This document shows, piece by piece, positions 6,748 through 15,629 of a stretch of 64,000 bases of DNA; position 1 is the stretch's first letter; every line of letters begins with the position of its first letter. Under the pieces are notes generated by a model. The model was not told the origin of the DNA and did no database searches. It saw only the letters and a program-made list of their open reading frames with translations. Source of the DNA: Guillardia theta CCMP2712 (lineage: Eukaryota > Protista > Cryptophyta); NCBI RefSeq assembly GCF_000315625.1, contig NW_005434639.1, positions 1-64,000 of the forward strand, read 5' to 3'. The translations under genes and the position numbers were made by a program.

Positions 6748-9366
6748 CTATGTTCCCTTGAACTTTGAAAGGTAATTGCTTGTAGTGTAACAGAATCTTT
6801 CTTGCTGATTCCCTCCTTCATCATAACAGGTGGGGTCATGTTGGAGCCACCGCCTCAAAATTACCCGGGTACAAGCCTTCGTATTCGTTTCCTCTCTCCC
6901 TTGGTCCGGTCTGGCTAGTTTCTTGTGTGGCTGAAGTTCATGTGGGCTAGCCTCCCTTTTTCCTTTCCTTCTCTTGTTTAGAGGCTTCCCCTCCTCCCTG
7001 GCTGGCCTTCTTCTCTTCCCTGTTCCTGCCTGCTCAAGTCCGAGTTTTGCCCAGATGACATTCGCTTGCAGATATTGTGCAAGGATTTCTTCTGCTTGTT
7101 CCCTTTGCTTTGGGAATGGCCAGAGTCGGATGGGCAGGTGCAGGGAGATGCCCTCGGTATCTGGGACGGGTAAGACACTTGTCATGGAGTGGAAGCCTAC
7201 TTGGGGCAGTAGTCTCCATGCCTTTGCAAAACTCTCCCAGCCTTGCCGAGCAGGAGATGTAGGTAGGGAGTTTTCTCCGGACAGCAGGGAGTTTTCTTCT
7301 GAGATCATCTTGTCCTCCAGGTCATGTAAGATGGCTATTGTCCCCGGTTTCATCTTGCTTTCAATCATTTCCCAACTGATGGTGGTCTGCATTTTTTCCG
7401 CTATCCAGATTGCGAGTCTCCCCGGTCCTCTTATCTCTTCGATCTCGTTGAGTCTGCCCGATCTGATTTCTCGTTGTAGCTGGTTTATTGTTTGACACCC
7501 CCATTGGTTGCACCATGATGTTAGTTTGTGGATCAGACTGCTTTTGATATCATCATCCACCCTGCATTTCTTATTCGTTTCTTTCTCTAGATACCGAATC
7601 GCCGCCCTTCCCAAGATGGGTGCTGGATGGGGGAGTTGGAGGCCTCCTTTGTCCCAAGGTAGGTGAAAGATAGCGTTGCTTGTACTCTTGCTCAATCCCA
7701 TAGCTCTTTTGAATGCTCTGGTCCAGAGGGTATCTAAGGTTTGTAAGTCTGACCAAGACCAGCTCACCAGTACCGCCGAGTATCTAAATATATTGACGAT
7801 GCCTACCTTCACCAGGTAATATTTTTGGGCTGCCGAGTAAGCAGATGATTCAATCAGCTTTGTCAGTTCTTTTGTCTTCTCCAAGATGTGTTCTTTCTCT
7901 CCCCACGTGAAGGGGCAGGTGTGCGCCTTGTTGCCTCTTCCTCCTGGTCTCCACAAGCTGATCCGGATCCCTAGATATTTGAACCATTTTGTCGGTGGTA
8001 GGTTCACAAACTCCTTGTCGAAGAACTTGATGGTCTGTGTTCCTGGGATCTCCCTTCTTAGCCGATAATCAAAGCTGGTGATTTCAGATTTCTTCGTGTT
8101 CAGTTCTAATCCACTCCATCGACAGAATCGCTCTACCACTTGGACAAGCGTTTTCATCTCTCTCACTGAATGTGCTATCAGGACAAGGTCGTCTGCAAAT
8201 GACAGATTATTAGGGTGTTGAGTTGCAATCTCGTCTTGTTTTTGATCGAGCTGTTTGGACAAGATGCTTAGCAGAAGATTTGTTTTTGGCGGACTTGCGG
8301 GGCTGCCTTGGGGTAATCCTCTGAGAAGTGGGATGGCTGCTGTTTCGAACCTCTCTGTCTGAATTTGCAGCGCTATCCCTTGGCTACAACTGATTGCGAC
8401 GTCTACATCACACTGGTGAAAGCCATATACTTCCATGATTTTTGCAATGGATTCGACTGCCACATTGTTAAAGAAGTTTGCAAAGTCGAGGTACAGCAGG
8501 ATGAGGTCGTGTTGATTACTCTGAGCCTCCTCGATGATGTTGAGTAGACGATGACCCTGCCTGATCGTTCCTCCCTCTGGTCTGAAACCTTCCTGGTTGT
8601 TAGTGAGTAGCTTATGTTTTTCAGCAGCTTTTGCCAGTCTGTGCGCTATGACTGCCTGGAAGATCCTCGTTATCGAGGAGAGGACGCATATAGGTCTTTG
8701 ATTCTCCAAGACGTGACATATCTCATTTTTTGGGAGGAGCCTAACTCTCGCGAGCATCTTTAGTGTTTGCTTGTCTCCGATCAAGGCTCGGCTGATTGTC
8801 TTGCCTATTTCCTCCTTTGCACTGTCAGGCAGAGCTTTCAGAATCTCGTTTGAAATCAAATCCATGCCTGCTGCTTTCCGGTTGGCCAGTTTTTGAATCC
8901 ATACTTGGATCTCGCCTGGCTCCAGCGGGTAAGCTATCTCTACATCCCTGGTCGGGTGTTGATTGATTTGCTCTGGGGGTTCGAAGTCCGGTGGTTTGAC
9001 GGAAGTCAGTGATTGACAGCTTTTGCAGAAGAAGAGGATTGATGCTTCTTCGTTTTTCTGGCTTTTGTCATATAACGGAATCAGTCGTCCTTTTGTTTGA
9101 CATTCAGCTCTTGCACAGGTTCCGTTCATGGTACATCCGTTGACTGCAAAGAAGGTTGCCGTGTGGGTTTCATCTTCTAGATCTCTTGCCAATCTCATGG
9201 GGAGGAATTGCTCGATGTTTTTGTATCCTTCCAGGCGCCACCCTCCTGGCTGTGTGATCAGTCCTCGGATGATGGGTACGATTGCGTGTGCAGGCGCCAG
9301 CGTTATGAACAGCTTTTGTGTCAGTGTTGCCAGGTTCCTCGCCCCGAGAACCTCGACGTGCAGCAT
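6748..9366 (-). CDS. ORF2 fragment: non-LTR reverse transcriptase
   Basis: KAAGMD, RPICVL, QEGFR, YLDFANFF, GLPQGSPASP, FADDLVL, GLELNTKKS, KYLG, GGLQL. Confidence 0.95.
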   Translation of the reverse strand: MLHVEVLGARNLATLTQKLFITLAPAHAIVPIIRGLITQPGGWRLEGYKNIEQFLPMRLARDLEDETHTATFFAVNGCTMNGTCARAECQTKGRLIPLYDKSQKNEEASILFFCKSCQSLTSVKPPDFEPPEQINQHPTRDVEIAYPLEPGEIQVWIQKLANRKAAGMDLISNEILKALPDSAKEEIGKTISRALIGDKQTLKMLARVRLLPKNEICHVLENQRPICVLSSITRIFQAVIAHRLAKAAEKHKLLTNNQEGFRPEGGTIRQGHRLLNIIEEAQSNQHDLILLYLDFANFFNNVAVESIAKIMEVYGFHQCDVDVAISCSQGIALQIQTERFETAAIPLLRGLPQGSPASPPKTNLLLSILSKQLDQKQDEIATQHPNNLSFADDLVLIAHSVREMKTLVQVVERFCRWSGLELNTKKSEITSFDYRLRREIPGTQTIKFFDKEFVNLPPTKWFKYLGIRISLWRPGGRGNKAHTCPFTWGEKEHILEKTKELTKLIESSAYSAAQKYYLVKVGIVNIFRYSAVLVSWSWSDLQTLDTLWTRAFKRAMGLSKSTSNAIFHLPWDKGGLQLPHPAPILGRAAIRYLEKETNKKCRVDDDIKSSLIHKLTSWCNQWGCQTINQLQREIRSGRLNEIEEIRGPGRLAIWIAEKMQTTISWEMIESKMKPGTIAILHDLEDKMISEENSLLSGENSLPTSPARQGWESFAKAWRLLPQVGFHSMTSVLPVPDTEGISLHLPIRLWPFPKQREQAEEILAQYLQANVIWAKLGLEQAGTGKRRRPAREEGKPLNKRRKGKREASPHELQPHKKLARPDQGREETNTKACTRVILRRWLQHDPTCYDEGGNQQERFCYTTSNYLSKFKGT

Positions 9367-10260
9367 GGTTTGATGTCTTGCACTCCAAAAAGTTTTGCTT
9401 GATTCTTTGGAGTTGCTCTGGAGGAATGTCTCGATTAACGGGTTCAGTTCTTGAAGATATGCTGTCTCCGGCTGTTGCAGCGCTGGCTGGAGATCTCTCC
9501 ATGACGTTGTTTGGGTGGCACTTCTCTGGCAGTTGACTCAGCATTGGGGCTTTGGGCTTAAAGTCTGACTTCTTGCCCATTGCATTTTGAGACTCTTTAC
9601 TCCCTATCGTGCCCAAGCGTCTTCTTCGTTCTTCGCATATTTTCAGGAATATCTCTTGGTCTTGTGCTGCGCAGATCTCCTTGAATTTGGTCATATTCTC
9701 TCTTATTTCTGCATGTAAGCTCGACTCCTTGTGTGCGCGATCAATAAAGTCTGGAATTTCTGAAGCGTTTCTTAAGTCCTTGTGAAGTTGCTTGATTTTG
9801 CGCTTCAGATCCATTTGAATTTTGGATGCATGTCTTTTCCCGCTGGAGCCTCGTAGCGGAATTTCCTTGATGGGGAGGGCTGTTGTTATCAATTCGAGAA
9901 TGTCGCAATCTTGATGTAGAGCTTGTGCCGCTTTTATCTTCTCATCAAGTGCTATTGCCCATTCCACGCCTAGTCTTCCCGATAGCTTGTCCATCTCGAC
10001 CACCCTTTTCTTTCGTCGAGGGGTTGCTTCTCGATCCCTCCTTTGCGGGAGGATTTCAATCTTTGGGATGGCTTGCTTACCCTCAGCATCGAGAGATCTC
10101 ACATTCACTACAAGTGCTCTGTGGTCGACTGCGGCTCCTATGATGCAATCCTCTGCGGTCTGCGATATTAAGCTTACTGTGCGAGATGGATGGTGTAATG
10201 CAAAGACATGATCCAGTTTTGCTTGGTGATGACCCTGCTTGTACCATGTGGAGAGTGCTG
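9170..10260 (-). CDS. ORF2 fragment: end of APE domain plus APE-RT linker
   Basis: This frame reads STWYKQGHHQAKLDHVF...VDHRALVV upstream of the annotated 10108 start, i.e. the C-terminal APE motifs. Confidence 0.75.
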
Positions 10261-11492
10261 CTTCTGCTCATCTTCTCGCAAGTGACCATCTGGGATCGTC
10301 CAAGTTCGTTTAAGCCTTGTTCCATTCTCTCATCTGCACGGTGCACACTCGATTTGCTCCCGTATCCGACTCTCATGAGGATCTCTGGATGTTGTCGAGA
10401 TGCATTGAAGTCGCCTCCTATGATGGTGAGCTTGACACTTGGCTCCGTCTTGAGCATCTGGCTCAGCGTTGCCCACATCTCGTCTTGATCCTCCCCTTGC
10501 GCTGCAGTAGGAAAGTGGGTGTTACAGATCCCTATCGGTTCTTTTTTTCCGATCTGTAAAAGTTGTATTCTTTTTTGGAGATTCTGCTCTTCCAACATGT
10601 CAGCGCGGCGGCAGAGCAGGGGGGAGGGACGAGGGAGAAGGTCCGCATGTACTAGCGTCACAAGGCGAAGATCACTCTTACCCTTTCTCCCCTCCCCTGC
10701 ACCTTTCGTCATGAACACTCGGTAGCATCCCCATTCTTTCTTGATCATCATTCGGAGATCTGCCTCCTTTCGTTTTCCCCCGACCAAAACTTCTTGAAGT
10801 AGCACGACTGTTGGTTGATATGTTTCAATCAGGTATCCTAGGATGTGTTTCAGCACAAATTGACTGCATCCATTGACATTGTGAGAAATGATGTTGCCAG
10901 GGGCGTTGTCCTTCCTGTGCGTTTCCACCCATGCTGATTGCACTGACCTGTCGGTGGTGGTCGTGGGTGGTTTGCTGCCTGCTGGTAGGATTTGCTCCTC
11001 CGCCCCCGTTGCCCATTGAAGGTGAGACGAGTTCCCATCTTGCATCTTTGTTGGGCCTGGTAGCTCCTCCTCTCCCCTTGTCTCCTTGTCGTTCTTCGAG
11101 ATTGGCGCTGTGTGCATTGCTTGTGGCGGAGGAGGTGGCTGGAGTGGAGAGACGGGGCATGAAGCAGGAGGTGGGGGAGGGGAGGACGTCAGGATGTCTA
11201 CCTGTGCTGACCTGTCTTGTAGTTGCAGGACCGTCGCGGCTATGAGCTTCGTTGATCCTTGTCCTCCTTGCTCCTGCTCGTCTTCCAATCTCTCCTGTAG
11301 CCGTGCATCTTCAGATGCCTGGGTCGCCTGTAGATCGCCTGCGCGTTCTTGGCCGTCTTCTCGCCTTTCCATCCGGTTAGGTATACGTTCCATGGTGAGC
11401 TCTGCAGCTTGCCATTCCTTGTAACCTGTATCTTGCGCGTGCTGTGCATTGGGTTGTTTCTCGCATGTGCACATGTTGTGCACATGTTCCAT
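10083..11492 (-). CDS. ORF2 fragment: apurinic/apyrimidinic-like endonuclease (APE)
   Basis: IISHNVNG, VVLLQEV, ICNTHFP, IIGGDFNA motifs. Confidence 0.9.
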   Translation of the reverse strand: MEHVHNMCTCEKQPNAQHAQDTGYKEWQAAELTMERIPNRMERREDGQERAGDLQATQASEDARLQERLEDEQEQGGQGSTKLIAATVLQLQDRSAQVDILTSSPPPPPASCPVSPLQPPPPPQAMHTAPISKNDKETRGEEELPGPTKMQDGNSSHLQWATGAEEQILPAGSKPPTTTTDRSVQSAWVETHRKDNAPGNIISHNVNGCSQFVLKHILGYLIETYQPTVVLLQEVLVGGKRKEADLRMMIKKEWGCYRVFMTKGAGEGRKGKSDLRLVTLVHADLLPRPSPLLCRRADMLEEQNLQKRIQLLQIGKKEPIGICNTHFPTAAQGEDQDEMWATLSQMLKTEPSVKLTIIGGDFNASRQHPEILMRVGYGSKSSVHRADERMEQGLNELGRSQMVTCEKMSRSSTLHMVQAGSSPSKTGSCLCITPSISHSKLNIADRRGLHHRSRSRPQSTCSECEISRC

Positions 11493-12405
11493 ACCCCCCC
11501 CCCAGAGCCCATCCAGCAGCAGATGTCTTGCTGATGGGGGGGGACGCCTTGTTGCCTCCCTGTGTTGAAGATATCTTGTTGAAGATATCTTGTTGTTGTG
11601 TTTTCCTTCGTGTCTTTGCGATCAGCAGGAAAATTCCACAATTGTAGCCGTCTGTTTGTTGCAGCCCAGTTGACACACATGCCCTCCATGTCGTGTCGTC
11701 ACAGTGTTCTTGTTGATCGCTAATTGCCTCGGTGATAATCGTCGCCATGAGTGTTGCTAGGTCCATTCGTTGTGCGCCCCCCAATTGAAACTGTGCCTCC
11801 CTTTGGCTTCTGACTGTCCCTAGGTCTCTCTCAAGGGCCGTGCTAAGCGAGTCGACGATGTGTATTCTTTTTGTGTCAACATCTGCCACGATTAGGATCC
11901 AATGATTGCCGTTCTCTACGCAAGGGAATAAGAATGGTTGAGCTGCCCCGGCTAGCAGTCGTTTTGCTCTCCGTGTCCTTCCCTCCTGATCTCTCAAACC
12001 CGCTACTATTCTCGGGAGAACAATGGTCCCTCTCTGCAGCCCAAATTGGTTTCTAGTTTGCTCGCTGGCATACCTCGTGCCTTGGAGCCATGCTATTTGA
12101 AATCTGTCTTCCGCTGGTTCTAAATTTCGGTTTACCTCAACGATTAATGCCTCCATAACGTCCTCAGAGAGAAATCCATCTTCTCCTGAGTTGAGCAGCG
12201 CCGCTGCTCCGTACTCTCTATTGTTTTCCCGTAGACTCCAGGGGATCTCCCCTATCAAGTCGAATGTTTGTATTTTTCTGTTTTTTTCTGTTTTTTTCTT
12301 GTCATTGTTTTTCTCACCTTCTTGTCTCTTTCTGCTTGATTCCACCACGCCCTGGTGCCCACTGTCCCACCTGCCCTCAACTCCTCCTCCTCCTCCTGCT
12401 TCCAT
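11377..12405 (-). CDS. ORF2 N-terminal fragment: Ulp1/SENP-like (C48) cysteine protease
   Basis: FLSEDVM...PCVENGNHWILIV...IHIVDSL...QQTDGYNCGIFLL: His-Asp-Gln-Cys order of the C48 family. Confidence 0.85.
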   Translation of the reverse strand: MEAGGGGGVEGRWDSGHQGVVESSRKRQEGEKNNDKKKTEKNRKIQTFDLIGEIPWSLRENNREYGAAALLNSGEDGFLSEDVMEALIVEVNRNLEPAEDRFQIAWLQGTRYASEQTRNQFGLQRGTIVLPRIVAGLRDQEGRTRRAKRLLAGAAQPFLFPCVENGNHWILIVADVDTKRIHIVDSLSTALERDLGTVRSQREAQFQLGGAQRMDLATLMATIITEAISDQQEHCDDTTWRACVSTGLQQTDGYNCGIFLLIAKTRRKTQQQDIFNKISSTQGGNKASPPISKTSAAGWALGGGYGTCAQHVHMRETTQCTARARYRLQGMASCRAHHGTYT

Positions 12406-14552
12406 TAGGCTTGCGCTGCTGGGAAGGAGTCAAGCGACATCTCTTCCGATTCTGCCGCCATGCTCCCAGCCTCGGGTACATCTTCCATTCGAGCGTCTTT
12501 CATCTGTAGCTCACTGCTCAAAACAAATTTCAATTCGTTTCTATCTCCCAGCATTCCTACGAGGGAGAGCGCCGTTTCCTCCAGGAATTTATTCAAAGCA
12601 ATGAAGAGAAGGTCAGTTTTCAAGGGCTTCTCCTCATTTGGTGCGAAAGCGCTGCTCTTGCGTTTCGCTACCTTCCACGTATGCTTGCCTGCAATCATCC
12701 TGACTCGTTCGCGCAGTTGCTTGCTCACGGCATTCTCTGCCGCGTTGGCACCCTTATCAGCCCACTCTTGTAGCGTGGGGAAGGATGCATTTCCTGGGCT
12801 CTCCGGAGCCATCTCTTGCACCGCGTCATCAAGATGGAGTTGAAGCTGCCCTTGCTGTTGCAGCTCGCTCCTAGTTACGTCAGCAATAGTTTCCTTAAGT
12901 TCTTCGACGACCACGTCCGTTCCCGCATCTGGGAGGTTGGTCTCGTTGATAATTGAACTGAGCTCGATCTCTTTCCACACAGTTCCCTCTGCTCTGGTCC
13001 CCGTCGTTTGTGACCTGGCCTCAGGGTTAGACTGATCGCGAGTTGCCTGAGGCGACACTTGGAGGTTCAGACTGCTCGCTGTCGTTTGGATTTCAACTGT
13101 GCCTTGCCAGCAGAGGAGCTGTGTGGGGAATTCAGCCATCATCTTTCTTGCACTACTTTCACTGCGTAGCCGGAGAATGATACCAGACCCATCCCAGATC
13201 CCTGTTTCTGGATCGCATTGGAGGTGGATCCGTTGGAGATCTTTTTCCACCTGTGGATCAAAGCAAGCGACAGCCCTCCGAATGTTTCGGATGACTTTTG
13301 CTCTGCCCGTTTCGTCACTTGCACAGATTTTTTCGATCTCATTTCGGGAGAACTTCCCTGACGGCACAGGAGAGGAGATTTGTACCGAGTACAGCATCTC
13401 TGCTCCCGTTGCCATTGCCGTGCCCTCTTGTCGCACCGCATTCTTCATATTCTTGTGCAGCGCCGTTGCTTCCATCTGCACTGAGAACCATTTCAGTATT
13501 TTGTCATTCTCTGAGACCAGTCCCAAAGTGACTCCTGCACGATCCTTTCCATGTCGATCGAATGCTTGAAGAACGATGTCCGCTGCTTCAAGGCTCGAGC
13601 ACGTTGCGATCCAGTCGACCTCTCTGTTCTGGTTGACTATTTCTATTCCTACCGCAGCGAACACCTTCTTTGGCGGTAGGTTCCTCTTGGGGGGGAGGTT
13701 CACTGTCATTCCCGCGTTTGGGATCAGATCAATAATCGCTAATCCCTGCTTCAGGCATAGCTGCCTGTAGATCTCACATATGTCACCTGTGCTCGAATCG
13801 TTGAGCATCAGGAGTTGGGCCACCTCAGCTAGGATTCCAACTCTGCTCATGTTCTCCTTCTTTGGCCGCATCTTGAACGAGATCGGTGGGTTGGCTGCTG
13901 GGTTCACTGCTAGAATCCTCCTGCCTGCCACCTTGAAGGTACCATCTCCTTTCCAGAGTTTCTCAGCCGCCTCATTGCGGACAAATGTGATCACTGCTGG
14001 GATCTCCGCTGCCTGCACAAGGTCAGGCTTCAAGGGAGCCTTGAAGATCAGGCTCCTGCTGTCTTGCGTCTGATCGACGATCAAGCCTTGCTCTTCAAGC
14101 TTGAGGCATAAGTTTTCCACCTGTCTGGAAAAGTATGCAGGGATCCCAAGTACCTTCATGGTAATCGTCTGCACATTGGTGCCCTGATCATCATATGATC
14201 TGGCCTCCATCTGCCTTTGTCTGTCAGCTTGGAACTCTGACAGGTACCACTGCTTGACATCGTCACCCCACTGCCTGAGCCCTTTCGGATTCTCCAGTGA
14301 CGAGGGTTCAGCGAAGCTGCATGTCTGACTGATGGCTTCGGCTAAGGCTTCCAAGGAAATTTCTTTTGCTTTCAGAGCTTTGCTCGTCCTGCTTTTGGGG
14401 TTCTGCCTTGCGAATTCATCCAGTCTCCGCATCAGTTCGGCTGATGACGGCATCGTTGCAGCTTCCGTCTGCCTCTTGAGGTAGCTGGAGGTACGGTACT
14501 GCACGATCTCGTCAGGGTTCACAATAGATATTGGCCACATGTTTCGAAGCAT
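12405..14552 (-). CDS. Retroelement ORF1 (715 aa) with RRM-like region
   Basis: Intact ORF upstream of ORF2; MKVLGIP...AVITFVRNEAAEKL...VAGRRILAV fits an RRM pattern; paralog at 17392-18462. Confidence 0.8.
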   Translation of the reverse strand: MLRNMWPISIVNPDEIVQYRTSSYLKRQTEAATMPSSAELMRRLDEFARQNPKSRTSKALKAKEISLEALAEAISQTCSFAEPSSLENPKGLRQWGDDVKQWYLSEFQADRQRQMEARSYDDQGTNVQTITMKVLGIPAYFSRQVENLCLKLEEQGLIVDQTQDSRSLIFKAPLKPDLVQAAEIPAVITFVRNEAAEKLWKGDGTFKVAGRRILAVNPAANPPISFKMRPKKENMSRVGILAEVAQLLMLNDSSTGDICEIYRQLCLKQGLAIIDLIPNAGMTVNLPPKRNLPPKKVFAAVGIEIVNQNREVDWIATCSSLEAADIVLQAFDRHGKDRAGVTLGLVSENDKILKWFSVQMEATALHKNMKNAVRQEGTAMATGAEMLYSVQISSPVPSGKFSRNEIEKICASDETGRAKVIRNIRRAVACFDPQVEKDLQRIHLQCDPETGIWDGSGIILRLRSESSARKMMAEFPTQLLCWQGTVEIQTTASSLNLQVSPQATRDQSNPEARSQTTGTRAEGTVWKEIELSSIINETNLPDAGTDVVVEELKETIADVTRSELQQQGQLQLHLDDAVQEMAPESPGNASFPTLQEWADKGANAAENAVSKQLRERVRMIAGKHTWKVAKRKSSAFAPNEEKPLKTDLLFIALNKFLEETALSLVGMLGDRNELKFVLSSELQMKDARMEDVPEAGSMAAESEEMSLDSFPAAQA

Positions 14553-14625
14553 TCTCGATGGTTTCCCGAGCTTCCTGCGTTCCTGGCGACTCTTGCTCTA
14601 CCACGCAGGGACCCCGCTGATCTGC

Positions 14626-14785
14626 ATGCCTCAGATAAAGGGATCCTGCCTCAGATAAAGGGATCCTGCCTCAGATAAAGGGATCCTCTCAGATAAAGGG
14701 ATCCTGCCTCAGATAAAGGGATCCTGCCTCAGATAAAGGGATCCTGCCTCAGATAAAGGGATCCTGCCTCAGATAAAGGGATCCT
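14626..14785. repeat. 20-bp tandem array (~8 units, one 18-bp variant) abutting the 5' end of unit A
   Basis: Same unit as 1-200; variant cctctcagataaagggat at 14685-14702. Confidence 0.97.
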
Positions 14786-14825
14786 CCTAAACCCTAAACC
14801 CTAAACCCTAAACCCTTAAACCTTA
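14786..14825 (-). repeat. Telomeric tract inside the 20-mer array
   Basis: (CCCTAAA)n with cccttaaa/ccttaa variants. Confidence 0.95.
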
Positions 14826-14879
14826 ATCCTGCCTCAGATAAAGGGATCCTGCCTCAGATAAAGGGATCCTGCCTCAGAT
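14826..14879. repeat. Second block of the 20-bp repeat (~2.7 units)
   Basis: Read directly, between two telomeric tracts. Confidence 0.95.
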
Positions 14880-14947
14880 CCCTAAACCCTAAACCCTAAA
14901 CCCTAAACCCTAAACCCTAAACCCTAAACCCTAAACCCTAAACCCTA
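14880..14947 (-). repeat. Interstitial telomeric tract (CCCTAAA) x~9.5
   Basis: Perfect heptamers, followed on + by (ATT)n to ~14963. Confidence 0.97.
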
Positions 14948-15125
14948 TTATTATTATTATTATGTGAGTTTATTAGAATGCTAGAATGTTGCTCGGCCTC
15001 GTTGTGGGCTTATGCAATTTGATCCTAGTCTAAAGAGGCGCTCGAGCACTGGGAGTACACGGCCTACAATGCGAACCCTGCTTCTGAGGCGTCTTTCTAC
15101 TTTCTACTTCTGCTGTCTTCTCTTG

Positions 15126-15298
15126 GCTTCCTCAGCCTCAGTCAGGAGAGTTGCCTCTCCTCACCTTGGCCTTCGGTCACCACCTACTCTACCTCCATTC
15201 AGCTTCCTCAGCCTCAGTCAGAAGAGTTGCCTCTCCTCACCTTGGCCTTCGGTCGCCACCTACTCCTCCTCCATTCAGCTTCCTCAGCCTCAGTCAGG
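15126..15298. repeat. 76-bp tandem repeat, ~2.3 copies
   Basis: gcttcctcagcctcagtcag... starts at 15126, 15202 and 15278. Confidence 0.9.
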
Positions 15299-15629
15299 TA
15301 CGGGCTCGCCCCGTCTTCTTCCTCGCCCTCGCCTTGCTCTTCCTCCATGTCTTCCTCTTCTTCGCCATCTTCCCTCATCTCCACCCGCAGTCGGTCCTTC
15401 TTGTCCACCCATAGCGTTGCCTTTCTCAATTGACCTTGGAGCTCTAAAACGTTTCGCGGTGAGGGTGGTAGATTCAAATCCACGCATACCACGCCTCATG
15501 TGGGGGCGGGGTGGGTCTTCCGACCGTGTTCCGAATTCAAATCACGAAGAGCCAAGCAGAACTTTTTCAGGGGTAGGGTCTTCTTGAGTACAATTTCTTG
15601 GTACCAGTTAGTACAGTCCGAACCATGTG

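Larger units (their letters stand above)
4450..14627 (-). mobile_element. Telomere-associated non-LTR retrotransposon (unit A): ORF1 + ORF2 [Ulp1 protease-APE-RT-RNaseH-like-CCHC-RLE], Dualen/RandI-like; 3' boundary approximate
   Basis: Collinear intronless domains all on -, 5' end flush with the 20-mer/telomere array. Confidence 0.9.

Noticed and set aside
6748-9366. Telomerase (TERT), Penelope or LTR-type RT
   Set aside because: Motifs and the flanking APE/RLE domains are non-LTR type; no TERT T motif, LTRs or integrase seen.
6974-14073. Numerous + strand ORFs over the retroelement
   Set aside because: Antisense shadows of the coding - strand with no recognisable motifs.
14626-14785. 20-mer as a universal host spliced-leader relic
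   Set aside because: Unit B carries a different 20-mer and no host gene in the window is preceded by it; not fully excluded without the organism's SL sequence.
15012-15587. 191-aa + ORF and overlapping short ORFs
   Set aside because: Low-complexity products of the 76-bp repeat and CT-rich sequence; no domain support.
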